DNA from: Octopus bimaculoides
Taxonomy: Eukaryota
Length of the DNA stretch: 64,000 nt
NCBI RefSeq assembly: GCF_001194135.2
Contig: NC_068981.1
Coordinates: forward strand, 177,973,942 to 178,037,941
Direction: 5' to 3'
Position 1 is the stretch's first letter. The number at the start of each line of letters is the position of its first letter. Shown here piece by piece: positions 52,927 to 64,000 of the stretch. Position numbers and translations under genes: made by a program. Below the pieces are notes generated by a model. The model was not told where the DNA came from. It saw nothing but the letters and a program-made list of their open reading frames with translations, and did not search any database.

Positions 52927-53932
52927 CAATGAGTTACGATGACAAGCATTTTAGTTGATTTGATCAATCGAATAGCCTGCCGATGAAATTAATATGCAAT
53001 TGGCGAAGCACTTAACATAGTTCTCAGGGAGATTCAGCATGACACAGAGTGTGTGAGGGTTGGCCGTTTTGAATTACAGGTATCACTCACTTTTGCAAGA
53101 TGAGTGGACTGAAGCAACAAGAATAAAGTGTCTTGCTCAAGGACACAACATGCTGCCAGGCCATATGAACTTTCAACCTTATGATCGTGCCCAATACCCG
53201 ACCCACTAACCCATGCGACATGACATGCACACACACACACCACCACCACCACCACCACCACCAAATACATCATGGAAGGGTGGTTTTAGCTATTTAAAAA
53301 CACACAAAAAATGGTACATTGATTTTTCTATTTATTTCGCAAGGAATGGTTGTTGTACAACTACAATCAAATCACTTCGAAGAGTTTCACTGCATCTCAG
53401 TAGAATGGTGTCAACGACCGAGCCACAGTTGCACGACTAAATGAAAAGTTAATCTAAACAGTTTTTGTTAGTCTTATCTAAAATTATTCTTTAGAAATAT
53501 CATTACTTCAGCTTTGAAACAGTTTCAAATCAAGTATGGCTCTAAAACATGTATAATATTATTATCAAATTGTGTGTGTGTGTGTCTGTGTGTGTGGAGA
53601 GAGAGAGAAAGAGAGAGTTTTGTTTGTTTGCATGTGTGTGAAGGCACACAGTCTAGTGGTCAGGCGTGTTGCATTCACAATCTTATGATCATGGTTTCAA
53701 TTCACAGACTAGCTGTGTGTTGTGTTCTTGAGAAAAACGCTTCATTTCACATTGCTCCAGTTCACTCAACTGTAAATGGCTAACCCTGCGACAGACTAGC
53801 ATTCCATTCAGTGGGAATGTTGGCCTTCTCGCCTAACCAGTGGGGTGGCATCATTTGAAAGTTAAAACAATGCAAAGCGCATTGTGACCAGTGATGTATA
53901 ACAACATCTGATAGTCTGGTCAGTCACATGAG

Positions 53933-55440
53933 ATCATCATCATCATCATCATCATCGTTTAACGTCCGCTTTCCATGCTAGCATGGGTTGGACGATTTGA
54001 CTGAGGACTGGTGAAACCGGATGGCAACACCAGGCTCCAGTCTGATTTGGCAGAGTTTCTACAGCTGAATGCCCTTCCTAACGCCAACCACTCAGAGAGT
54101 GTAGTGGGTGCTTTTACGTGTCACCCNNNNNNNNNNNNNNNNNNNNNNNNNNNNNNNNNNNNNNNNNNNNNNNNNNNNNNNNNNNNNNNNNNNNNNNNNN
54201 NNNNNNNNNNNNNNNNNNNNNNNNNNNNNNNNNNNNNNNNNNNNNNNNNNNNNNNNNNNNNNNNNNNNNNNNNNNNNNNNNNNNNNNNNNNNNNNNNNNN
54301 NNNNNNNNNNNNNNNNNNNNNNNNNNNNNNNNNNNNNNNNNNNNNNNNNNNNNNNNNNNNNNNNNNNNNNNNNNNNNNNNNNNNNNNNNNNNNNNNNNNN
54401 NNNNNNNNNNNNNNNNNNNNNNNNNNNNNNNNNNNNNNNNNNNNNNNNNNNNNNNNNNNNNNNNNNNNNNNNNNNNNNNNNNNNNNNNNNNNNNNNNNNN
54501 NNNNNNNNNNNNNNNNNNNNNNNNNNNNNNNNNNNNNNNNNNNNNNNNNNNNNNNNNNNNNNNNNNNNNNNNNNNNNNNNNNNNNNNNNNNNNNNNNNNN
54601 NNNNNNNNNNNNNNNNNNNNNNNNNNNNNNNNNNNNNNNNNNNNNNNNNNNNNNNNNNNNNNNNNNNNNNNNNNNNNNNNNNNNNNNNNNNNNNNNNNNN
54701 NNNNNNNNNNNNNNNNNNNNNNNNNNNNNNNNNNNNNNNNNNNNNNNNNNNNNNNNNNNNNNNNNNNNNNNNNNNNNNNNNNNNNNNNNNNNNNNNNNNN
54801 NNNNNNNNNNNNNNNNNNNNNNNNNNNNNNNNNNNNNNNNNNNNNNNNNNNNNNNNNNNNNNNNNNNNNNNNNNNNNNNNNNNNNNNNNNNNNNNNNNNN
54901 NNNNNNNNNNNNNNNNNNNNNNNNNNNNNNNNNNNNNNNNNNNNNNNNNNNNNNNNNNNNNNNNNNNNNNNNNNNNNNNNNNNNNNNNNNNNNNNNNNNN
55001 NNNNNNNNNNNNNNNNNNNNNNNNNNNNNNNNNNNNNNNNNNNNNNNNNNNNNNNNNNNNNNNNNNNNNNNNNNNNNNNNNNNNNNNNNNNNNNNNNNNN
55101 NACCTCTAGTTTTTCACCCTGGAATGAGATAGAAGTTGTTTCCTGTTTGTTTACAGTCTTTATTGCACCTGAACATCTGCCACAAACAAAAACTAACTTG
55201 CTAGTTAACCTGCCTTTGATGTTGCTGCACCTCTTATGTGTCCATAGCTTGCACCGGGTACATCTTATAGAGTTACTACCTACTCCTTTTCTACATACTG
55301 AGCAGGGCCATCTACCTGAAGGGGTTTGTGTTTTATCTACCTTCCTACTTATTAGGATTTTGGTTTTAGCTAGGTTGACTCAAAGGCCCTTCAATTCTAG
55401 ACCTTGCTTCCACACCTGAAACTTCTCCTCTAGTTCTGAT
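53933..55440 (-). mobile_element. Second copy of the same RTE family, minus strand, middle hidden by N-gap 54127-55101
   Basis: 55102-55440 reverse translates to ELEEKFQVWKQGLELKGL*VNLAKTKILISRKVDKTQTPSGRWPCSVCRKGVGSNSIRCTRCKLWTHKRC...GEKLE. 53933-54126 is the (CAT)n-tailed 3'UTR end. The spacing (~1.17 kb) matches the + copy, so joining them across the gap is an inference. Confidence 0.85.
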
Positions 55441-55524
55441 ACATACATATATGTATATATATTACATTGCACACATGAATGCATACATATATGCATGCAT
55501 GCACATGCATACACACACACACAA

Positions 55525-55980
55525 TGGAGCAATGCCATTGCATGTTTGTTCTAAATATGGGCAGCACAAATGTGGCAATGATGGGCACCTCCTGTAGCAG
55601 GTGTTCAGAGAGCCTACCACTCATGCTTACAAACATCTTTAACCTATCAGAATTTTTCATTGAGTATTTTGTGTTTTACAGCTACAGCCCACCATAGTAT
55701 GCACCACATAATAGATATCTTAATAATCAAGCTAAGCCTCTGTCTGAAGCTTTTTTAAGTGAAACAAGGCCTCACGCCTGGCCAATCCTATTCTCTGAAC
55801 AGAGTTTTCCATCTCTTAAAGGGATGTCCAAACAAAGACTGGGATCTCCAACTCACAGCTGTTGGATGGCCACTGATTCTCTTGCATCTATTAACTCTTT
55901 AACAGACAAGTTTTTTCATCCTGCAGCATTCAACAGAAACCACCCATCTTACCAAGTAGGCATGGCAATGTTGCTAGTTT
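55525..55980 (-). mobile_element. Degenerate CR1/Jockey-like LINE 3' remnant
   Basis: Weak resemblance to the LFYRYYHGLCS...SHPF..RTN C-terminal motif pattern. Confidence 0.3.
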
Positions 55981-56069
55981 AGTTACCAATGATCCAAACA
56001 TTCAACAGGTTGTACAGCGTTACATGCAACCATTAGCACTAAGAGTGACCTCACATATGCATGTCTGTG

Positions 56070-56103
<34 letters not shown>

Positions 56104-57356
56104 TGTGAACAACACTGCTTGTAGGTTGTGACTTTTATAGAGAACAAATGTAAGCAAGCATGCATGTACATAAGCACATAAGCATATGCATGTACATATA
56201 CATACATATATAATCGTTGTTGTCGTCATCGTCATTATCATTTAACCTCCGTTTTCCACACTGGCATGTGTTGGACAGTTTGACAGTAGCTGTTCAGGCT
56301 CCTTGTCTGTTTTAGCTTGGTTTCTAAGGCTGGATGCCTTTCCGAATGCCAACCACTACAGAGTGTACTGGGTGCTTGTACACAGCACTGGCATGGCTGC
56401 TTTTTATATGGCACACGTATATATGTATATGTACATATAGGTGTGTGCGTGTGTGTGAACACATAAAGAATTTCTTTCAGTTTTTATCTACCAAATTCAC
56501 ATATGGGACTCCAGTAATTGAACAGCACAGTAAGACAATCCAAAATCACATAGTTGGGAAGCAAGCTTCCAAAACCACATGGACATGCCTGCACTTACAC
56601 AAATTTTTTCTCTTTTCTACTTGTTTCAGTCATTTGACAGCAGCCATGCTGGGGCCTTGAAGAATTTTAATCAAACAAATTGACCCTAATACTTGTATTT
56701 TTTTAAAGCCAGACTTCTTTCAATTTCTCTCTACCAAATCCATTCGCAGGGCTCTGGTTGGCTAAAGGTGCCACACAGTAGGACAGAACCTGGAACCATG
56801 TGGCTGGAAAGCAAACTTCTTACCATGCAGCTGTGCACTTATGTATGATAAGCATGTATATCATACATATAAGTATAACAATTACATATAAATAATATAT
56901 GTTATGTTTATTACATGTCATCATCATTCCCATCATGATCAATAATTTGAAGACCCTCTTACACAAGTTGGACAAAATTCATGGAGGTAGATTTTCTATG
57001 GTCAGATGCTCTTCCTGTCACCAACACTTGTTTCATGTGAGGTAATGTTTCCCCTAGTCCTTTAAACATGAACTAAAGGCAAGCTTTTTCCATGGAAAAT
57101 TAAAAATTAACAACAACACCGCTTGTATAGCAGTAATGTTCTTTACAACTAGTGCACAATATGAAGACAATGTGTGTGTGAGTGTGTGTGTGTACACACA
57201 CACATATCTATAGATGTCTACACATAAATATATGATTATATACATGCATGTATTTGAATGGTAGTTGCTGAAATAAGTTTTTATAGGCATAAAGATAGTG
57301 AAACGATTCACAAGAATTATAAGAATCAGATGTTATTAATGATTTTACTGAGAGGG

Positions 57357-57420
57357 ACTTCGAAGTTCTGCCAGTTGTTGGCATCTGATGTGTTACTAAC
57401 TACTGGCAAATCTTCGAAGT
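57357..57420. ncRNA. Candidate pre-miRNA-sized hairpin (23-bp arms, 18-nt loop)
   Basis: ACTTCGAAGTTCTGCCAGTTGTT versus AACTACTGGCAAATCTTCGAAGT: 20/23 complementary. No expression evidence. Confidence 0.3.
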
Positions 57421-57594
57421 TGTCTGGTGATGCAAACAGGAATATATATATATATATATTAATATTTGGCAAAAATAACAGGGTGACTCAAGGGCTGAGG
57501 GTCTTGTGTGTTAGCACTTATCAAACTTGATAAATACTAATGCATAAAATTCTTGGCCTTTGAGCCACCCAGTTCCTTTAGCCAAATGTTAACA

Positions 57595-57630
<36 letters not shown>

Positions 57631-57659
57631 CTACACACACACTACAATACTAAAATAAT

Positions 57660-57728
<69 letters not shown>

Positions 57729-58984
57729 ATAACGGACTTGATACCTTCTATATATAGAGTCTATATTTCATATATTAAGGAAGCAATATATCAGTAGATA
57801 GTATACTGTGTGTGTTTGAGTACATATATAAATTTGCAACTTTCTCTCTCTCTTTCTCTGTGTGTATACATATACATATATACGTATGCACCCCCCCCCC
57901 ACACACACACACAAACATGCAGACATATATATATATATGCATACATGTTCACACATATGTGTATGAGTGAGAATATGCATATTTGTAGGTGCACAAATAC
58001 AAATCTATTTTGAATTTTTCAGAATCACAGTTGCTTTTATCGTTTCATATTTTTAACTAATACAGAATACAATGCATAAAAAAAAACCTACTCATATAGT
58101 GTTAGCAGAAGATAGATATGTGTATATGCAAATGNNNNNNNNNNCTGCTTGTTCTTTTTTTTTTTCGTTTTTAATTAGAAAAATGTTTTTAAATCAGTGC
58201 AGGTAATATGAAAATCAAATATTTTCTAATGGTTACTCATAAACAAAACAACTACTAAATTGATGATATAATAACTATTACAGATTGAAAATTAAAAACA
58301 AAAATTAAATACTTTAATTTTTTTTTTTTAATATATAGCATATTTATTGATATAAATATATCAGTTATACTCCTTAAAACATAAAAACACAAATACAGGC
58401 TTGTATATGTCTCTACTATTACATTTCTCGCAACAAATACAGATAATTATGCAATTGATCGGCTTTTGAAAAATCTATTGGAATAAGGGAAGTAACTCAA
58501 ATATTTAATTCATTAAAAGCTCATTTATGAATTGACGATTTTTTAAGCATTTCTCTTGATTAGCACAATTACTTAGATTGACACAAGACCTAAGATTATA
58601 GGGAAGTAAGGGAAGATAAATCTACCTGCAACATATAAGCCTTTTTTTATAGATCACTAAGAGAAATCAAATGGCTACAAACGGTAAATCAAGATATAAA
58701 TGTAAGGTTTGACAGCCTGGGGAAATAAGTCTATTTTATCATTTGTTTCAGTCATTGGAGTGTGGCCAAGCTGGGGCACCACCTTGAAGGGCTTAGATAA
58801 ATGAACTGACCTCAGTACTCTTTTTCTAATGCCTGGTGCAGCTAGGTTGCAGGAAATTCTAAGATCATATAATTATTAACAATAGCAATAAAAAATATTT
58901 TCAATATGCCCAATTTTTCTTACTATTTAATTAAATTTTAACTGTGCAAAAAAAATAAAAATAAATAAATCACAACTTGGTACA

Positions 58985-59120
58985 GTTCTATATTTAAGAG
59001 ATGAGGAGTTATGTACGTTATTTACATTTGACGGATATTTGTCCTCATCTTGTTTGTTGTTAACACAACATTTCCAGCCTTTATCAAGTGTCTTGGGAAA
59101 ATTTCGAACTTGGGTTCTCA
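58985..59120 (-). mobile_element. Penelope-like terminal-repeat fragment with a decayed hammerhead-like motif
   Basis: Minus strand ACACTTGATAAAGGCTGGAAATGTTGTG resembles CTGATGA-stemII-GAAAC with stem II deleted. The family assignment is from memory. Confidence 0.45.
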
Positions 59121-59153
59121 AAAATTTCAGGTCTTGTGCCTTTAGTAGAAAAG

Positions 59154-59188
<35 letters not shown>

Positions 59189-61997
59189 CATCATTATTAT
59201 TGTTATTATTAAAGCGGTGAGTTGGTAGAAATAATAGTATATTTTATCTGTCTTTACGTTCTGAACTCAAATTCTGCCAGAGTCAACTTTGCCTTTCATC
59301 CTTTTGGTGTCAATAAAATAAGTCTCAGTCAAGTACTGAAGTTGATGTAATCAATTTGACTTCTTTCCAAAAATTTCAGGCCTTGTACCTATAGTGTCCT
59401 CTTCATCTATGCCCCTATGGCTAATAAAAGAAATGATGGTGGTGGTGGTGGCTGTGGTGATGACAGTGATGATGATGGCAGCAGCAACCCAGCAAAGGGA
59501 TTAGATCCTGCTAAAGCCAATTTTGCCTTTTATTCCTCCAGGGCAGGTAAAATAAAATACCAACCAAGTGATGGGTTAATGGTTTCAACAAACCCACCCC
59601 CTCAAAATTACTGACCTAAATTAGAAAGTGTTGAATTAACAAAATCATTAAAGTGGCATATAAAATACCTTATGATATCTAATTACAGCCCTTTCCATTC
59701 TAAGTTCAAATTCTCCAAGGCTGACTTTATCCTTTCATTCTTCCAAGGTTGATAAAATATAACAGCAGTAAGTACTGGGGTCAATTTAATTGACTAACCA
59801 CTACAACCCACAAAATTTCAGGCCCTTTTCTTATCTAAGAGACTGCCACTGCTGCTGCTGTCATCAGCAATGTCAAAGAATGTTCCTTTGTATCTGCTTG
59901 TTTGCCACCCTACCCCCACCCCTGTACAGAAATCCCGTTAATCCTCTCACATGTTTTTATACCTGAAGATGTAGGGGAGTGGGTAAAATGGATTCCTCAC
60001 CCAGTATATGGAAGAAACTGCAAGTGAGAGGTTCTCACTGCCTCAACCAATGGGAACGTTTGCTTTGTCTAGACCAATATGCATTTTACATCCTAGTGAA
60101 TGTGGTTTCAAATTTATTCCAGTATTGAAACTGGCAGTAAGCCAATGGAGCTTCATTTGCCTTGATGTTAGTTTAATACACCATCGCCTCATTTATATCA
60201 GCAATATTCTTAAGAAAGTCATTAACATTACAATTTCTCATTTCACAAATCTTTATAGATTTGAGATGCCCTATTTTTGTAGTCTTTTATTTTAAAATCA
60301 TGCATACTTATTGACAATATATACTCCATTTCACATTTTTAATATGAAAAGAAGTTATTTTAGCTTTATTAATAATTTCCACTGGAGGGTCCCTTTCATA
60401 TTGTTTTGTTTCAATACAGAGCATGGTCTGATGGTTCTACACTGCAGTTTTTATAGTTTTGAAGGGGAAAATATCAGTGAAGTTATATGGAAGAAGCATC
60501 TGCATTTCTGAATCCCTCCACCTACAACTTTTATTTTAGTATTGAAGGATGTTGATAATATTTAATTAATATGAAGCCATTGAATATGATACAGTGTAAC
60601 CAGCCTATGCTAGGCTCTTGTTTGAAACTGGCTGTATCAACAATATCAGTAAGGTGATGGTAGTTACATATTTGGGTATCTTTCAACAAAATCATATTGG
60701 TCAATGTAATGTATGTTTTAACTGTTGTTGACTGTAGTCAACTATGCACAAATGATAATCTGACCTGCAGCTTAAATGTTTATCATGTAGGTAGATATAA
60801 GCAACCAGGATAAAATGTTTATTCAAATATGTTTGCTTGTCAGAGCCTGACTAACAGTACAAAGAAAATTATTTGTCATATTATTCAGTGAGCAATTTGC
60901 TATGTTTTACAGAAGTTTTAAATTGAAACCTGTGCCTGATATATCACTATACCTGAATGCTTTTACAGATAATGTACAAAACTTCATTCATACACAAATG
61001 CAAACATGCATATACACATACACATGCACACTAGAATATTCTCATAGGAAACTGATGTAATAAGTGAATTGGTCTCTTAATTAAATATAATAGAAGAATG
61101 TTATGCATGGTTTATTGCTGAGCAAATAGACAGCAGAGACACAGTGATAGAATGTTTTAATCATTTCAGATTCTTCAGATCGTTTTGAATGTGTTGTTAA
61201 GCTACTGGATAGGCAATGTTTTATATTCTTTACTTATAAAGAGCATAATCAATATTTGAAATTATATTATTTTATAAAGGATGTCATTGTTGCTAAATGA
61301 TAATAAAAGATAAAATATTTGGATATTTTCAAATTTTATTGTAGCTAATTGAAATAACAACTAAAGGCATAATCTAATTATAAAAACTACTTAAGTTTGC
61401 ATGATGTTGGAGTAAGAGTTTTTCAGCATTTAGTTTTTCCCTTCCTACAATTAGCTATGCAACTGTAGAAAGTATGAATGGCAGCTATTGTTAGTTAAGT
61501 AGACAAAGGCAAAAACAACAATACATGCTGCCTAGGACAGAACATATTAGCTGTACTCATAGTAGCCAATAGGTGACAACAGTAACCTCATGATCACAGG
61601 TCCACTGCTTTTGTTATGTAAGTAATAGCAAGAGATGCTTATCACAGACACAAGACTAATTCAACAGTCAACAGAATATTATAATTCATGGAGCTTCTCT
61701 GTATAACAGTCATATGGGATGCTGGATAAGGAAACTGTAACAGAATGTAGTTCTGATGTAACAATACATAAAAAAAAAAGGGAATGAATTAAAATAGATG
61801 ATTGAATGGTAGTTGAAATAGGGGTGAGGTTAATGCTTTGTAAACCTTTGGGTTGGCAGTATCTTTCTTCTTTTACATATTTCAGCCATTGAGCTGCAGC
61901 CATGCTGGGGCACTGCCTTGAAGAGTTTTAGTTGACTGAATTGACCCCAATACTTATTTACATTTTTAAAGCCTCGTACTTATTTTATTGGTTTCTT

Positions 61998-62214
61998 ATA
62001 TTCTTTTCTACTCTAGGCACAAGGGCTGAAATTTGGAGGGAGAGGGCCAGTCGATTAGATCTACCCTAGTAAGCAACTGGTACTTAATTTATCGACCTGA
62101 AAGGATGAAAGGCAAAATCAACCTCAGTGGAATTTGAACTAAGAATGTAAAGACAGACGAAATACTGCTAAGCATTACACTTGGCATGCTAACGATTCTG
62201 CCAGCTTGTCGCCC
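61998..62214 (-). mobile_element. Same SINE family inserted into a TTGTTTCAGTCATT-type repeat
   Basis: 12-bp TSD TATTGGTT(T/A)CTT at 61986-61997 and 62215-62226. Confidence 0.85.
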
Positions 62215-62869
62215 TATTGGTTACTTAAACCGAACTGCTAAGTCATAGGGATGTAAACAAACCAACACTAGTTGTGATAGCAGAGAACAAATGCAAACAC
62301 ACAGATATATATATATATATGCGCATGCGTGCACGTGCACACAAACACACACACACACACACAGGGCATCTTTCAGTTTCCATCTACCAAATCCATTCAC
62401 TTTGGTTGACCTGGGGCTGTAGTAGAAAACTCTGGCTCAAGGTTCTACAAAGTAGGACAGAACCCAGAATCATGTGGTTGAGAAACAAAAACTTCTTACC
62501 ACACGACAATCTTCAGTGTTCCTAGACGAAGGTGGTTTGGCAAGTATAATTCTAAGTTAATGACATAGTATTTATGTCCAAAATAGACCAGGTTAGGTGA
62601 AGAAAATTCAGCTACTGGTACCATGTCACCCAGTACTACCTGTTTCATGGTTGGTTGACTGATGACTAAACCAGCTACCCTACCTGGCTTGCCAAGTGAG
62701 GAGGATGTTTTGGACACTCTACAGGACTAAAACCAAAACTTGTCAAAGGGTGGATGAGTTCAATGTGAGTCAACAGCCATCCACATAAGTGGTGCCTCAT
62801 AAAACACCATGTACATGGGCTGGCAAGGTGTAGAGCAAAGAAAAAGACCAAAATACAAGTTAGTAATAT

Positions 62870-63372
62870 AGGTGCATGGCTTAGTGGTTAGGGCATTTGG
62901 CTCACAACTGTAAGGTCATTAGTTCAATTCCTGGTAACACATTGTGTCTTTGAGCAAGACACTTTATTTCACATTGCTCCAGTCCACTCAACTGATAAAA
63001 ATGAGAAGTACCCGTATTTCAAAGGTACACAAGCCTGTGGAGTGATTAGCCACTCGCACATTAATTTCAGGCGGCGAGCTGGCAGAATCGTTAGCATGCC
63101 GGGCAAAATGCTTAGCGGTATTTCGTCTACCACTACATTCTGAGTTCAAATTCTGCCGAGGTTGACTTTGTCTTTCATCCTTTCAGGGTCGATTAAATAA
63201 GTACCAGTTACGCACTGGGGTTGATATAATCGACTTAATACCTTTGTCTGTCCTTGTTTGTCCCCTCTGTGTAGCCCCTTGTGGGTAGTAAAGAAATAAC
63301 AAATTAATTTCACGAGCAAACTGTTCTGTTGATCGAATCAACTGGAACCCTCATTGTTGTAACTGATGGAGC
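62870..63372 (+). mobile_element. tRNA-derived SINE interrupted by a second SINE at 63070-63302
   Basis: Host is collinear with 13658-13985; 10-bp duplication ATTAATTTCA at 63060-63069 and 63303-63312. Confidence 0.85.
63070..63302 (+). mobile_element. SINE family with a GACTTTGCCTTTCATCCTTTCGGGGTCGATAAAATAAGTACCAG (Meta/MESC-like) central domain
   Basis: Head GGCGGCGAGCTGGCAGAATCG, B-box GAGTTCAAATTC, target-site duplication (TSD) present. The domain name is from memory. Confidence 0.85.
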
Positions 63373-63632
63373 ACAATTTTTTTTTTTTTTTTTTTTTTAA
63401 TAGTCCTTGTCAAAGCTTGCAATAGTGAATTATGCACAGTATCTATTCATGCTTCAAGGAAGAGATCATTTATCAGTTACAACATAATCACAGATGGCTG
63501 TATGGTACAAAGTTTGCTTTTCAAACACATGGTTCCAGGTTCAGTCTCACTGGTCCTTAGGCAGGTATCTTCAGCTATACTCCAACCAAAGCCTTGTGGG
63601 TGGATTTGGTTGGCGGAAACTTCAAGAAAGCC

Positions 63633-63672
<40 letters not shown>

Positions 63673-63941
63673 GTGCGCACGCACGCGCATACATGTATCT
63701 GTATGCAACCTTGCTTTGATATTGCATGTCAGTTGTAAATGAATGTCATTGTTGTACAAGCAGTGTCATTCATTTCCCATATTCTAAGAGAACATGTCTG
63801 GCCATGGAGGAATATTACCTTACTCAGAAACAGTTAAAGGCTGACGACAGGAAGGGCATTCAGCTGTAGAAAAAAAATCTGCCTTTAATACATTCCATAC
63901 AACCCATTCAAACAAAAGTGGACGCTAAATGGTGGTGGGGG

Positions 63942-63973
<32 letters not shown>

Positions 63974-64000
63974 GTTTTTACTGGTGATAATTCATAACTC

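Noticed and set aside
12207-55419. Long ORFs in the track that contain X runs (12.2k, 17.3k, 24.2k, 32.9k, 39.2k, 42.0k, 54.0k)
   Set aside because: They are open only because N-gaps contain no stop codons.
57365-57392. Resemblance of the hairpin arms to miR-31 or miR-193
   Set aside because: Seed and spacing do not match either mature sequence as I recall them.

Overview
AT-rich animal genomic DNA from a gappy draft assembly (14 N-runs). The repeat families and dense (CA)n/(GA)n/(TA)n/(CAT)n microsatellites look like an octopus (coleoid cephalopod) genome; this is recognition by eye, not a database result. I cannot identify any host protein-coding gene. The window reads as intronic/intergenic DNA tiled by decayed mobile elements: RTE LINE fragments, an R4/Dong LINE 3' end (CCHC plus restriction-like endonuclease), an L2/Crack-like RT fragment, Tc1/mariner remnants, piggyBac-like MITEs and several tRNA-derived SINE families. 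Almost all supplied ORFs are artefacts of N-gaps, microsatellites or antisense LINE frames. Best observations: (1) a complete C4HC3 PHD-type zinc finger inside the reverse transcriptase of the resident RTE family, seen in independent copies; (2) two of those RTE copies lying tail-to-tail as a long inverted repeat; (3) a ~64-nt pre-miRNA-sized hairpin in apparently unique DNA at 57357-57420; (4) a CpG-rich promoter-like island with a YY1-type motif at ~3.5-4.65 kb; (5) a 15-bp/61-bp higher-order minisatellite, an internally inverted mariner, and an exact 156-bp duplication. I do not see a convincing new multi-gene system. Most SINE boundaries are approximate (about +/-10-20 bp).
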